64,000 nt of DNA. It comes from Vulcanimicrobiota bacterium. Its GTDB lineage: Bacteria; Vulcanimicrobiota; Vulcanimicrobiia; Vulcanimicrobiales; Vulcanimicrobiaceae. The translations under genes and the position numbers were made by a program. The notes under the pieces were generated by a model. It saw only the letters and a program-made list of their open reading frames with translations. It did not search any database and had not been told where the DNA came from. Of the stretch, positions 1 to 10,169 are shown piece after piece (the stretch's first letter is position 1; the number at the start of each line of letters is the position of its first letter). The DNA lies in assembly GCA_963699435.1 (NCBI GenBank), contig CAVOTV010000004.1, forward strand, positions 25,474 to 89,473. The letters are read 5' to 3'.

Positions 1-744
1 GAACATGCGCGTGGTGTGGTGGAAATAAACCGATGCGAACATCATGTAGCGGGCCATGATGAACGACTCCAACGCCACCACGCCGCGACGGTCGATTCCG
101 ATCACCGGCGCGCCGTCGCGTTCGAGAATCCGCAGCGACGCGACGAGCTGCTCGGCGTCGTAGCGCCCAGTCGAAACGCCCGTAAAGTAGGCGTCGCGCA
201 AGAGATAATCCATCCGATCGGCGTCTAGGTTCGGGCCGCTCACCAACTCGCGCAAAAGGGGATATCGGCTTTGCCGGTCGCCGAGGATCAAATCCAGCAC
301 GTCGCGTGGATCGACGTCGAGATCGGCGATACCGCGGGCCACGCCGGGAAGCGCGATCAGATCGGCGGTCCGCGCCTCGTGATGAATCTCCAGCACGCTC
401 TCGCACGAGTGGCTAAACGGGCCGTGGCCGATGTCGTGCAACAGCAGTGCGGCGCGGACGAGGCGCCGCTGATACGCCGCATCCTCCAAGGTTCCGAACG
501 CGTCGCGACCGCTGCGGTGCAACTCGTCGAAGGCACGCGTTCCCATCGCGAGCGCGCCGAGGGAGTGCGTGAAACGCGAATGCTCGGCCGACGGAAACGC
601 CAAGTACGCCAATCCCAACTGACGCAGCCGGCGCAAGCGCTGCATCACCGGCAGATCGAGAAGGCGAGCCTCTGCTGTGGATAACTCGATGAAGTGATGA
701 ATCGGGTCGAAGATGCGCTTCACTGAAGGCGCGCCTTCGTACAT
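1..744 (-). CDS. HD-domain phosphohydrolase (dGTPase/SAMHD1-like); C-terminal end runs off the window
   Basis: Reverse translation from ATG 744..742 gives MYEGAPSVKRIFDPIHHFIELS...SRFTHSLG...LLLHDIGHGPFSH...DADRMDYLLRD and stays open to position 1. It is absent from the ORF track because there is no stop inside the window. Confidence 0.8.
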   Translation of the reverse strand, partial: MYEGAPSVKRIFDPIHHFIELSTAEARLLDLPVMQRLRRLRQLGLAYLAFPSAEHSRFTHSLGALAMGTRAFDELHRSGRDAFGTLEDAAYQRRLVRAALLLHDIGHGPFSHSCESVLEIHHEARTADLIALPGVARGIADLDVDPRDVLDLILGDRQSRYPLLRELVSGPNLDADRMDYLLRDAYFTGVSTGRYDAEQLVASLRILERDGAPVIGIDRRGVVALESFIMARYMMFASVYFHHTTRMF

Positions 745-792
745 CGTCGACGCGGAAACCTCTCGCCGACTGCCGAAGTCTGTGGGGCCAGC

Positions 793-2584
793 GTGAAGTA
801 CGACCAAGGAGCTCTGCGCGAAATCCGCGCGCGTATCGATATTGCCGAGTTGATCGGGACGTACGTTCCGCTCAAGAAGCGCGGCAACGATCTCGTCGGG
901 CTCTGCCCCTTTCACGCCGAGAAGACGCCGTCGTTCCACGTGCATCCCGATCGCGGTTTCTTCAAGTGTTTCGGCTGCGGGACCGGCGGCGATGCCATCA
1001 CTTTTTTGCAGAAGTCGGAGAACGTCGCCTTCGGGGACGCGGTTCGCGTGCTCGCGGCGAAGGCCGGCATCGAACTCGAGCCGGAGAATCCGCGGGCGGC
1101 GCGCGCGCGCAGCGAACGCGAGGCGATTTACGAAGCCAACCGGATCGCCGCGGCGTACTTTGCGCGTATGCTCGCCGACGAGCGCGGCGCCGCGGCGCGC
1201 GCGTACTGCGCCCGCCGGGGCTTCTCCGACGCGACGATCGAGCGCTTCCATCTCGGCTACGCGCCGGACTCGTGGAGCGGCCTGGTGACGGACCTCGAGC
1301 GCAACGGCGTCGAACTCTCGATCGCGGCCAAAGCCGGGCTCGGTGAAAGCCGGACAACGCGGCTACTACGATTTTTACCGGAACCGGCTCATGGTGCCGA
1401 CCAACTCGACGACCGGCGAGGTGATCGCTTTCGGCGGCCGGGCGATCGGCGACGGGGAGCCGAAATACCTCAACACCACGACGACGCCGGTTTATACCAA
1501 AGGTCATCACCTTTACGCGCTCAACTTGGCTCGGAAAGCCGCCCAGGCAGACCGCACGCTCATCGTCGTCGAGGGCTACCTCGACTGCATCGCGCTGCAC
1601 CAGGCCGGCTTCGAGAATACGGTTGCAGCGCTCGGCACCTCGTTCACGTCGGAGCAAGCAGCCGAGCTTCGCAAATATGCGGACTACGTGTTCCTATGCT
1701 TCGACGGTGACGCGGCCGGCAACGCGGCTGCAACCAAAGCGATCGACGTAACGTCTAAGGAAATCGAGCACACCGGATCGTCGGTTCGCATTGTGTTGCT
1801 CCCTCCCGGAGACGACCCAGACACGTTCGTTCGCAACCGCGGCGCGGAAGCGTTGCGCGCGTTGCTGGAGGCGGCCAAGCCCGCACTCCAGTTCCGCATC
1901 GACGCGGAGCTCGAACATCTCCGGGCCGGGTTCGATTCGCCGGCACGTGCGGCGCCAAAGGCCGAAGCGCTCATCCGCCGACTCGCTCCACGTGAGGAGT
2001 GGGACCGTTGGCGCGTCTATGTCGCGGGGCGGCTGCAGGTAAACGTTGACGATCTTCGGAACAGCCGGTTCCTCGCCGACAGCACAAACTTCGCGCCGCA
2101 GACCAAAGCGGCGTTCGCGCCGAGCCGTCACGTGGCGTCCTCGGTCGAGCCGCTCTCCTTCGAGCGCGAGGTGCTGAGCATTCTGCTCGAGGAGCCGTCG
2201 TTGACCGGTGAATACGGCCAACACATCGACGCAGCGCGCTTCCGAAACGACGTCTATCGCCGAGTCTACGAGCGAATCGTGGAGGCGGCCGACGTCTTGA
2301 CGACTACGGCGGACGTCTTCGGACTCTTTGCGGAGGATCAGGCGACGCTCGATCTGCTGGCCGAGGTAGGTCGGCGCGACCGAAGCTCGGCGGTGCGCTA
2401 CGGGAGCATCGAGGAGCGGCGCGCGCATCTCGATCGCGTGATCGAGCGCCTGCATCTCGACGACGAGCGGAGACGGTATCGGGAGCTCTCCGATCTCATC
2501 GACGATCGGTTTGCGAACGGAAAAAGCGTCCCCGAGGAACTGCGCGGAGAGTTCGAGGCGCTCGCCGCGAAACTAAAACGGTAA
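793..2584 (+). pseudogene. dnaG: DNA primase DnaG, reading frame interrupted once (near 1340)
   Basis: ORF 793..1710 carries the zinc finger CPFHAEKTPSFHVHPDRGFFKCFGCG. ORF 1343..2584, in another frame, carries YYDFYRNRLMVP and the TOPRIM motifs EGYLDCIAL and FDGDAAG. The gene sits directly upstream of rpoD, the classical operon order. Confidence 0.85.
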
Positions 2585-2618
2585 GGACACAACGGGAAGG
2601 AGGTGAAAACACAAAGTA

Positions 2619-3793
2619 ATGGCGCGTAAGAAAGGGGCGACGGCAGTCGCCGAACCCGCACCCGCGATCACGCTCGAAGAGCTCAAGAAGAAGCTCGTCG
2701 CGCGCGGGAGGAGCCAAGGGTCGCTGACCTACGAAGAGATCAGCGCCGCGTTCGACGTGCTCGAGGAGATCAGCCCCGAGCAGCTCGAGGAATTTTTCGA
2801 GGAGCTCACTGCCGCCGGCATCGAGCTGGCCGAAGAGCAGAAGGACGAGAAGCCGGAAACGGAGCGCGAGGAAGAGGTAGTCGAGGAAACGATTCCGGAC
2901 GGCCTCTCGCTCGACGATCCCGTCCGCATGTATCTCAAGGAGATCGGGCGCGTTCCGCTGCTCTCGATGGAGCAAGAGAAATCGCTCGCGATGAGGATCG
3001 AAGCCGGCGAGTTCGAAGCGCAGCGCGAACGGTTCGGCCGATTCGCGCGTCGTCGACTAGGGAGAAGAGGCGAAGCGTCAGCTGACCGAGGCGAATCTGC
3101 GGCTCGTGGTTTCGATCGCGAAGAAGTACGTCGGCCGCGGCATGCTCTTCCTCGACCTCATTCAGGAGGGGAACCTCGGTCTGATCCGCGCGGTCGAGAA
3201 ATTCGACTATCGCAAAGGCTATAAGTTTTCGACCTACGCCACCTGGTGGATCCGTCAGGCGATCACGCGCGCGCTCGCCGATCAGGCCCGCACGATCCGC
3301 ATTCCGGTTCATATGGTGGAGACGATCAACCGCCTGATCAAGATCTCGCGCCAGCTGCTGCAAGAGCTCGGGCGCGAGCCGTCGGTCGAAGAGATCGCCG
3401 AAGCGATGGCGCTGACCCCCGAAAAGGTGCGCGAGGTCATGAAGATCTCGCAGGAGCCGATTTCCCTCGAGACGCCCATCGGCGAAGAGGAAGACTCCCA
3501 CCTCGGGGATTTCATTGAGGATCAAGAGGCGGTCGCGCCTGCCGAGGCCGCGTCGCGTCATGCTTCTCAAAGAGAAGATGCAGGACGTGCTCCAAAACCT
3601 GACCGAGCGCGAACGCAAGGTGCTCGTGCTGCGCTTCGGGTTGGAAGACGGCCACCAGCGCACGCTGGAAGAAGTCGGCCAAGAGTTCGGCGTTACGCGC
3701 GAGCGAATCCGTCAGATCGAAGCGAAGGCGCTGCGAAAGCTGCGCCACCCCTCGCGCGGCAAGGCGCTCAAGGATTACTGGACCAACGAGTAA
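2619..3793 (+). pseudogene. rpoD: Primary sigma-70 factor RpoD, frame interrupted about twice (near 3058 and 3555)
   Basis: DPVRMYLKEIG (region 1.2), [46 protein letters not shown] (region 2), IRIPVHM (region 3) and [20 protein letters not shown] (region 4.2) are spread over ORFs 2619..3224, 3106..3900 and 3515..3793. A GGAGG sequence lies upstream of ATG 2619. Confidence 0.9.
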
Positions 3794-3808
3794 CGGTCGA
3801 GAGGCCAG

Positions 3809-4480
3809 ATGTTCTTCAAGCTAATCGCCGCCGTCGTTGCGGTGACGCTCCCGGCGCCGTCGGCCGCTCCATCCGGGACGCCCGCGCCGACGGAGCCTAG
3901 GACGATCGTGACCGTCATCTCCTCGCCGTATTGCAACTCGTTGGCGGAACATTTTAACGGCGCGCTCGTGCCGATGCTTGGGAACGATCGCACGCTCGAC
4001 GCGGCGAGCGTGCAGCTCGACAATCTGGACGGGATGTTTAGCGGTCCGAACTACGTGCAAACGTTTCTGAACGTACGCGAGTCGCTCGGGCGCCAGGAAA
4101 CCAAGCTGAATCGGTCGCTGGCGCTGATTCAGGCGGAGATCAACGAGCTCCGCGAGGGATCCCGGCTCTCGACCGATCCGCAAGCTCAGGCTGAGATTCA
4201 CGATGCCGCGCAGGACCTGCAAGCCGCCTACGACAAGCAGCGCCAACTCGGGATCGACCTGCAAAATATGTATATCTCGCTCATGCAATACAATCCGAAC
4301 CGGCTGCATCCGACGATGGGCGGCTTCGATCCGCAAGATATGGCCGCGCCGAGCGACGCGCGCAGCGTCAAGAGTTACTTGCGGTTCAACGGGCAGCGCG
4401 ACGTGATCGCCATCAACGAAGGCAAAGCTACCGACATCGCCCTCGATGCCGCCGAGAAGAACTGTGTCCCCAAGAAATAA
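3809..4480 (+). CDS. Hypothetical secreted protein (signal-like N-terminus, coiled-coil-like centre)
   Basis: Single intact ORF. The N-terminus [20 protein letters not shown] is hydrophobic and is followed by a Gln/Leu/Glu-rich stretch. I recognise no family. Confidence 0.55.
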   Translation: MFFKLIAAVVAVTLPAPSAAPSGTPAPTEPRTIVTVISSPYCNSLAEHFNGALVPMLGNDRTLDAASVQLDNLDGMFSGPNYVQTFLNVRESLGRQETKLNRSLALIQAEINELREGSRLSTDPQAQAEIHDAAQDLQAAYDKQRQLGIDLQNMYISLMQYNPNRLHPTMGGFDPQDMAAPSDARSVKSYLRFNGQRDVIAINEGKATDIALDAAEKNCVPKK

Positions 4481-4499
4481 CCGGCGATGGAGAGCAGTG

Positions 4500-5432
4500 A
4501 TGCTCGGCTTGACGATCGGGGCCTCCTGTCTTCTCGCGGCGTGCGGGCAGGGCGCCGCACCGTCGGTCGCTCCGGCGACGCGGGCGAGCGGTGAGTTCTC
4601 CGGCCGCATCGCCCCCGCCGGGCGGACGCTGCTCTACATTTCAGATGAGGGCAACGCGACGGTCAACGAGTATACGTATCCCGATCTCACCTTGGTCGGG
4701 AAGCTCATGGACCAAGGCCATCCGGCCGGGCTCTGCATCGGCAGCGAGAACGCCGTCTGGATCGTCGAGTCGTCCTCGCTGCGTGTCGTAAAGTACGCGC
4801 ACGGCGCGAAGCGGCCCAGCGCGACGCTGACCGACCCGAATGCCGCCAACATCTATGGGTGTGCGGTCGATCCGCTCAGCGGTGATCTCGCGGTGGCCGA
4901 TTTGGGACCGCCGACGGGAGGCGGCGGTATCTGGGTCTACACGAACGCCAAAGGCAAGCCGGTGGAGTATCAGACGGCGAATCTTTCCGCCGCCTACTTC
5001 TGCACCTACGATGCGTCGGGCAACCTGTTCGTGGACGGCCTCGATAAGAGCGGCGCGTTTCATTTGTTTCGGCTCGGCAGCAGCGGGTCGCTGCAAGAGA
5101 TCTCAGTCAACCAAAGCGTGGGGTTCCCGGGCGGCATGGCGTGGGACGGCGCAAATCTCGCCGTCGGCGATCGATACTACGAGAACAGGCACGTCTCGGC
5201 GATCTATCGGCTCGCCGTCTCCGGCTCGACCGCGACGCTCGTAGGAACCACGCCTCTCGGGGGAACGTGCGACGTGACGCAGTTTGCGATCGGAGGCGGC
5301 GACGTGATTGCGCCCGACGTCTGCCGAAACGACGCCGGGCTCTATCACTATCCGCACGCGCGCGGTGGGGTGCTCAACGATATCGGCGGCTTGGCCTATC
5401 CGTTGTCGGCGGCCATCAGTCCACCGAAATAG
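4500..5432 (+). CDS. Putative lipoprotein, beta-propeller-like repeats (paralog of 15729..16694)
   Basis: Intact ORF (track 4446..5432). I chose ATG 4500 (or GTG 4497) so that it does not overlap the upstream stop. It has a lipobox LLAAC and recurring strand-like motifs VWIVESS, GDLAVADL, GNLFVDG and NLAVGD. It aligns clearly to the 15729..16694 product. Confidence 0.65.
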   Translation: MLGLTIGASCLLAACGQGAAPSVAPATRASGEFSGRIAPAGRTLLYISDEGNATVNEYTYPDLTLVGKLMDQGHPAGLCIGSENAVWIVESSSLRVVKYAHGAKRPSATLTDPNAANIYGCAVDPLSGDLAVADLGPPTGGGGIWVYTNAKGKPVEYQTANLSAAYFCTYDASGNLFVDGLDKSGAFHLFRLGSSGSLQEISVNQSVGFPGGMAWDGANLAVGDRYYENRHVSAIYRLAVSGSTATLVGTTPLGGTCDVTQFAIGGGDVIAPDVCRNDAGLYHYPHARGGVLNDIGGLAYPLSAAISPPK

Positions 5433-6110
5433 CTACATGTCGTCTTTCCCGGCGTCGGCGCTGGGAACGACGAGCGGATTTTTATCGGCGAAGGCGCCGT
5501 CGGGATTCGTCTTGACCCAAACGATGAGGTCCCAGATCGAAGGGAAGAGGAAGACGTGCTTGACGGCCGCCACGTTCGCGGCTTTGCCCATCTTCACGAC
5601 CGTGACGGCTTGCGGGTTGTCGACGTCGCCGCCGGCCGCGGCCCATTTCTTGACGCTCGTGGCGCCGTAAACGTCCATGCCGTTGGGACCGGCGAGCACC
5701 CAATGGATATGTTCGCGGAACGAAACCCAGCGGCGATAGCTCACGCCCCAGAGCGCGGGCGGAGCCGGCGAGTTACTCTGAAGCACCGAGAAATCTGCGC
5801 CCAGCAAGTTGCCGTGCACGTCGTACCAAAGCTGACTAGGATGCTGCGGATCGGCGCTCTGCCATTGCAGGTTCGTGTAGCTGATCGCGCCGTCTTCGTC
5901 CTCGTTGCCGTAACGGAAGTAGCCGGCTTTCTCCGCGTCCGCGGGAGTGGGGAAGCGCGCGTTGAGATCCTTTTGAATCCCGGAAACGAAGGCAACCTCG
6001 CCGCCTTGCGGCACGGGGGAGAGCGTAGCGGTCGGCGCCGGCGTCGCAGCGGCCGCAGGAAGGGCCGCGAGCGCAACCAGCGCGACGGCGTACGTCAGTC
6101 TAACGAGCAC
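5433..6110 (-). CDS. Hypothetical secreted protein
   Basis: Intact ORF with signal peptide MLVRLTYAVALVALAALPAAAA. I recognise no family. Its stop codon directly abuts the stop of the convergent gene at 5432. Confidence 0.55.
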   Translation of the reverse strand: MLVRLTYAVALVALAALPAAAATPAPTATLSPVPQGGEVAFVSGIQKDLNARFPTPADAEKAGYFRYGNEDEDGAISYTNLQWQSADPQHPSQLWYDVHGNLLGADFSVLQSNSPAPPALWGVSYRRWVSFREHIHWVLAGPNGMDVYGATSVKKWAAAGGDVDNPQAVTVVKMGKAANVAAVKHVFLFPSIWDLIVWVKTNPDGAFADKNPLVVPSADAGKDDM

Positions 6111-6146
6111 GAACAGAACCTCACTTTCTGTTGCGCTCTTCGCGAC

Positions 6147-6878
6147 CTAGCGCCGGAAAGCATCGCGCGACGCCGACGGTACGGGTGAGGGTACCGGCGA
6201 CGCCGATGGTGAGGGCGAAGGCGACGGCAACGGCGTTGGATGCGAGCGAGGATGCGGAACGGCGCCCGGACCGTAGGGCGTCGCCAGCGGCGAAACCGGG
6301 AACGTGGAGTTCAGCGGCTCACTTCCCCCGTCGAGCGGACGCGGCGTGACGATCGCGATGGTTCCGTTCGGCTGCGCGGTGAGCGTTGCTTCGGTGTTCG
6401 CGGGCAGAACCGAGCCCGATCCGAGCACGAAGTTCTTGCCTTTGCGTAGGATTTGATAGACGGGATAGTACGGCACGAAGATGTCGCCGACGGTATCCTC
6501 GGCGCCGACCGTAGATTGATGGCCCATCGAAACGTTCGGCGTGAGACGTGCGATCGGCGTGCGCATCGGAATCGAGCGCCCATCGGGAAGGACGAACGGC
6601 TCGAAGAAGATGTCGACGAATCCGTAGGTGTCCGCGATGTCGGAAGGCGAGACGTCCACGATCTTAATCTGCTCGGGCGTTCCTGCCGGCGCTACGGTTC
6701 GCCCGCCGACCACCAGCGCGCTTGCGAGATGCGCGCGCGCGTAGGCTCCGCTCTTCGACGATTTCGACGAGATCGGATCGTCGAGCACGAAAAGCAGCCG
6801 CGAATCGAAGGGCAGCGTGTTTCCGGGCGGCGCCGCGGTAGGAACAGGTGTCGGTTTGGGCATCGGCGTCGGAGGCAT
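6147..6878 (-). CDS. Hypothetical protein with Pro-rich termini
   Basis: Intact ORF with Pro/Thr-rich N-terminus (MPPTPMPKPTPVPTAAPP) and C-terminus (PTPLPSPSPSPSASPVPSPVPS). The frame stays open about 80 nt further upstream without a usable start codon. No family recognised. Confidence 0.45.
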   Translation of the reverse strand: MPPTPMPKPTPVPTAAPPGNTLPFDSRLLFVLDDPISSKSSKSGAYARAHLASALVVGGRTVAPAGTPEQIKIVDVSPSDIADTYGFVDIFFEPFVLPDGRSIPMRTPIARLTPNVSMGHQSTVGAEDTVGDIFVPYYPVYQILRKGKNFVLGSGSVLPANTEATLTAQPNGTIAIVTPRPLDGGSEPLNSTFPVSPLATPYGPGAVPHPRSHPTPLPSPSPSPSASPVPSPVPSASRDAFRR

Positions 6879-6959
6879 GGGATACGCTCCCGCGCTGCCG
6901 ACGCCGATGGCTAGAATGCAAGGATTGCGAGGCTCGAGCGCGGCCCGAGCCGCGAGCGA

Positions 6960-7283
6960 TTAGCTCGCGCGTTGTTTGCGGTCGTTGGCGGCGCGCTTGC
7001 CCTCTTCGATGAGCTGCTTGACTTTCTGTCCGCCCTTTTGACCGATACGTTCGTAGAAGTTGGGGCCATAGCGATCACGCGTGGCTTCGCCGCCCTTTTT
7101 GCCACCCTTCTTACCGATCGCCTCGTAGAACTCGTGGCCGTGGGCTTCTTTGGTGGCCAAGCCGCCCTTTCGCCCGATCGCCTCGTAGAACTCGGCGCCG
7201 TACTTTTGCTTAACGGTCTCGCCGCCTTTTTGTCCGGCTTCCCGGACCGACATGCCGCCGCCGCGCTTGGTTTGTTCCGTCAT
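6960..7283 (-). CDS. KGG-repeat general stress protein (YciG/GsiB-like)
   Basis: Intact 107-aa ORF with three copies of the ...G.EFYE.IG.KGG... unit (GAEFYEAIGRKGG, GHEFYEAIGKKGG, GPNFYERIGQKGG), typical of the stress-induced KGG repeat family. Confidence 0.75.
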   Translation of the reverse strand: MTEQTKRGGGMSVREAGQKGGETVKQKYGAEFYEAIGRKGGLATKEAHGHEFYEAIGKKGGKKGGEATRDRYGPNFYERIGQKGGQKVKQLIEEGKRAANDRKQRAS

Positions 7284-7450
7284 CTTTCGTTCATCCTATT
7301 CGTTCTATTCGTTTGCTTGCGCCGCACGGGAAGGCGGCTTGATTAACTCTCCACTGGTTACAACGCAACTTGGGGCCCGAAAGTTTGGGGGTGGGGATTG
7401 AGCGGCGATGAAAAACCGTCGCGGACGCGGATTAAGCAAGCGTACGCTCT

Positions 7451-7900
7451 TTAGAACGCCCGCTTGGTATCGATCAGGATCGTGACCGGCCCGTCGTTGA
7501 CGAGTTCGACCTGCATGTGAGCGCCGAACTCGCCGTACCGTACCGGAAGGTTTGCAGTTTCCAGCTCCGCGCCAACGAGTTCGTACAGACGTCGCGCGAG
7601 CGGTTCTTTCGCGGCTGCGATAAACGATGGGCGCCGTCCTCGGCGTACGTCGCCGTGGAGCGTGAACTGCGAAACGAGCAGCACCGAGCCGCCGGCTTCG
7701 ATCACCGATCGATTCATCAACCCCTCGGCATCGGAGAATACACGAAGACCGGCGAGCTTTTCGGCAAGCGCGCGAGCGTCGCCGTCGTCATCGTCAACGC
7801 CGACGCTCACTAGTGCGAGGAGTCCCGCGCCGATCTCGCCCGTCGCGCGCGCGCCGACGGTAACGCGGGCGCGCGAAACTCGCTGGATAACGGCGCGCAC
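7451..7900 (-). CDS. dtd: D-aminoacyl-tRNA deacylase
   Basis: C-terminal 149 aa of track ORF 7451..8320. It starts at GTG 7900 (VRAVIQRV...) and carries SQFTLHGD and NDGPVTILIDT. The rest of the long ORF is out-of-frame read-through into the next gene. Confidence 0.85.
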   Translation of the reverse strand: MRAVIQRVSRARVTVGARATGEIGAGLLALVSVGVDDDDGDARALAEKLAGLRVFSDAEGLMNRSVIEAGGSVLLVSQFTLHGDVRRGRRPSFIAAAKEPLARRLYELVGAELETANLPVRYGEFGAHMQVELVNDGPVTILIDTKRAF

Positions 7901-7904
7901 CGGC

Positions 7905-8762
7905 TTACGACGAGAAGATCGACGAGAGCGCGAAAATCGCATTTTCGCGCCGCTCGAGCACGCGCCGGTAGAAATAGCCGGCCCAGTGCGTGCCGAACGG
8001 CACGTAGACTCGCAAGCGATAGCCCTCGGCAACGATCTCGCGCTGCACGCGGGGACGGCAGCCGTAGAGCATCTGGAACTCGAAACGGTCGTTGGCAATG
8101 CCGCGCTCGGCGACGAACGACTTGACGGCGCCGATGATCCGGCGGTCGTGCGTCGCGATGCCGGGATAGTTGCCGCGCTCGAGGAGCGCGTGGGCCGATT
8201 CGAGATAGTGCGCGCGAATCTCGGGCATCTCTTTATACGCGATCTCGGCGGGCTCGTTGTAGGCGCCCTTGCAGAGACGAACGCGCGCTCCGAGCGCGAT
8301 CGCATGCTCGACGTCGCCACTCGTGCGCTTCAGATACGCTTGCAGCACCGGTCCGACGTTTTTGCCGACCGCGAACGCGCGCTCGAAGACGCGCAAGGTC
8401 GCGGGGAGCACCGCGGAGCCTTCCATATCGATGCGGACGAAAGGATCGGGGTTTCGAGCCGCTCGCTCCATGACCGCCAGCAGGTTTTCGAGCGCGAGAC
8501 TCTCGTCGATCAGTAGTCCCATTGCGGTGAGCTTCACCGAAACGTTCGAATCGACGTTGCTGCTCGCGATCGCATCGAGCATCTCGGCGTAGACCTCGCG
8601 CTGGCGTAGGGCGGCCTCGGGCTCCAGCACGTCCTCGCCGAGGAAGTCGAGCGTCACGGCCATCCCTTGGGCATTGAGTTCCCGGACGGCCCGAATCGCC
8701 GACGCGATATCCTCGCCCGCGACGAATCGCCGTGCGAGGAAGTAGAAGTTCTTCTGCAGCAC
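7905..8762 (-). CDS. Proline dehydrogenase (monofunctional PutA-type)
   Basis: C-terminal about 285 aa of track ORF 7905..9200: RFVAGEDIASAI, VTLDFLGE, VRLCKGAYNEP, IATHD, FEFQMLYG, VYVPFG. I took the start at GTG 8762, just after the stop of the upstream permease. The upstream part of the ORF overlaps the permease gene out of frame. Confidence 0.8.
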   Translation of the reverse strand: MLQKNFYFLARRFVAGEDIASAIRAVRELNAQGMAVTLDFLGEDVLEPEAALRQREVYAEMLDAIASSNVDSNVSVKLTAMGLLIDESLALENLLAVMERAARNPDPFVRIDMEGSAVLPATLRVFERAFAVGKNVGPVLQAYLKRTSGDVEHAIALGARVRLCKGAYNEPAEIAYKEMPEIRAHYLESAHALLERGNYPGIATHDRRIIGAVKSFVAERGIANDRFEFQMLYGCRPRVQREIVAEGYRLRVYVPFGTHWAGYFYRRVLERRENAIFALSSIFSS

Positions 8763-8766
8763 GGCG

Positions 8767-9540
8767 CTAATGTACGACGCCCCGACGAAGAATCCAGGCA
8801 ACGCCGAGCACGAGAGCCGCCAGCACGATAAATCCGTAGCAGAGCGCGAGCGCTTCGCGCACGCCTGACGCCGAGAGCGCGACGTACAGCTCCACGGGGA
8901 GCGAGGTCGGGTGATAGGCGACGATGCTCGTCGCACCGTACTCGCCGATCGCCCGCAGCCATGCGAAGGCAACTCCGGCGCCGATGCTGCCGGCCGCCGC
9001 CGGCATCGCAATCCGGGTGAAGATGCGCCATTCGCTGGCGCCAAGCGTCCGCGCGGCATCGGCATACGCCGGATCCACGGCACCGAATGCTGCCGTCGCC
9101 GCAATGGCAACGAACGAACCGGAGACGAAAAACTCGGCGACCGCGACGCCGAGCAGCGAGTCGGGCACGGTGAGACCATGCAGCGCGAGCCAACTTCCAA
9201 CCGGCGTGTTGGTGCCGAGCGCGTAAATTAACATCAGGCCCGAGGCGACCGGCGGAAACGCGAGCGGCAGGGCGAGTAGAAAGACCGCCGCGCCGCGGGG
9301 CTTTGCCGAGAGGCCGGCGAGCGCATATCCGGCGGGAACGCCGAGGATCGTCGCGACCAGCGTTGCCGCCGCCGATGCGGCAATCGAGACGCGCAGCGCG
9401 TCGCCGCCCGTTCGAGCGAACGTCGCAAGCGCTTCGCTCGGCGGCATGGAGGCGACCACGACTGCAACCGGCGAGACGAGCGCGCCCAGCAGCAGCAGCG
9501 CCGCTAAGAGAAAGACCGGGCCCGGCCATTGCCGCATCAT
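8767..9540 (-). CDS. ABC transporter permease (ModB/CysT-like BPD fold), no partner genes adjacent
   Basis: Intact 257-aa ORF with multiple TM segments and an EAA-type loop DAARTLGASEWRIFTRIAMPAAAGSI. Confidence 0.75.
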   Translation of the reverse strand: MMRQWPGPVFLLAALLLLGALVSPVAVVVASMPPSEALATFARTGGDALRVSIAASAAATLVATILGVPAGYALAGLSAKPRGAAVFLLALPLAFPPVASGLMLIYALGTNTPVGSWLALHGLTVPDSLLGVAVAEFFVSGSFVAIAATAAFGAVDPAYADAARTLGASEWRIFTRIAMPAAAGSIGAGVAFAWLRAIGEYGATSIVAYHPTSLPVELYVALSASGVREALALCYGFIVLAALVLGVAWILRRGVVH

Positions 9541-9579
9541 GCAGGAAGCTTCACCGGGTGGTCGCGCAAAGCGTGCTTT

Positions 9580-10150
9580 GTGAGCGCGGCCCTCCTAAAG
9601 GTACTCGTCGTCGCGCGCGCGCTTGCGCTCGACGTTTTCGCCGTCAGCGTCGGCGTCGGCGTTCGCGGCGTGCCGGCGCCCCTTGAAAGTCCGGATCGGC
9701 ATCGCCTTCGCATGCGCCGAAGTAGGCATGAATATCCTTGGCGCCGGCCTCGGTTTGATGGCGGGACGCCTCATCGGGGATTATGCCGGCTATATTCGGA
9801 TTTGCGGCACTTTTTGGGCTCGGAATCTACATGATGCGCGAGAGCCGCTCCGATCTCGGGGCCGCGACGCGTGCTCGATCTCTCGAAGGGCCGCGGGTTG
9901 TTGCTCGCCTCGCTCGCGATCAGCCTCGATTCGCTCGGCATCGGCTTTTCGATCCTCTACATCGGCGTTCCGATGCCGGTCTCGCTGATCGTCATTGCGT
10001 GCATGTCGGTCGCGTCAACGATGTTCGGCTTCGCGATCGGACGTCGGCTCGGCCGATACGCCGAACGCAACGCCGCGCTTTCTCGGCGGTTTGCTCCTGG
10101 CGTTCACCGGCATCGGCTTCGCGGCGCTCAAGGCGCTTCACCTCGGGTAG
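9580..10150 (+). pseudogene. mntP: Manganese efflux pump MntP (DUF204), about 4 frame changes
   Basis: Fragments lie in different frames: ALALDVFAVSVGVGV; IGIAFACAEVGMNILGAGLGLMAGRLIG; FGFAALFGLGIYMM; LLLASLAISLDSLGIGFSILYIGVP...FGFAIGRRLG; and the tail GGLLLAFTGIGFAALKALHLG ending at TAG 10148..10150. The likely start is GTG 9580. Confidence 0.7.
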
Positions 10151-10169
10151 CGGAACGGGCGCGAACCTG

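Noticed and set aside
7411-7430. A terminator-like hairpin plus T5 run downstream of dtd (minus strand: CCGCGTCCGCGACGG TTTTT).
   Set aside because: The stem is only about 5 bp with a bulge. This is too weak to call confidently without energy calculations.
7905-9200. A 431-aa ORF suggesting a proline dehydrogenase with a long N-terminal extension.
   Set aside because: The extension overlaps the intact ABC permease gene (8767..9540) in another frame and has junk-like composition. The ProDH homology begins only at about 8762.
9541-9579. Expected riboswitches: a Mn (yybP-ykoY) element upstream of mntP, a TPP element upstream of thiO (about 57750) and a preQ1 element upstream of queD (about 47350).
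   Set aside because: The available upstream spacers are only about 40, 0 and 10 nt. That is too short to hold these structures, and I saw no conserved core motifs.
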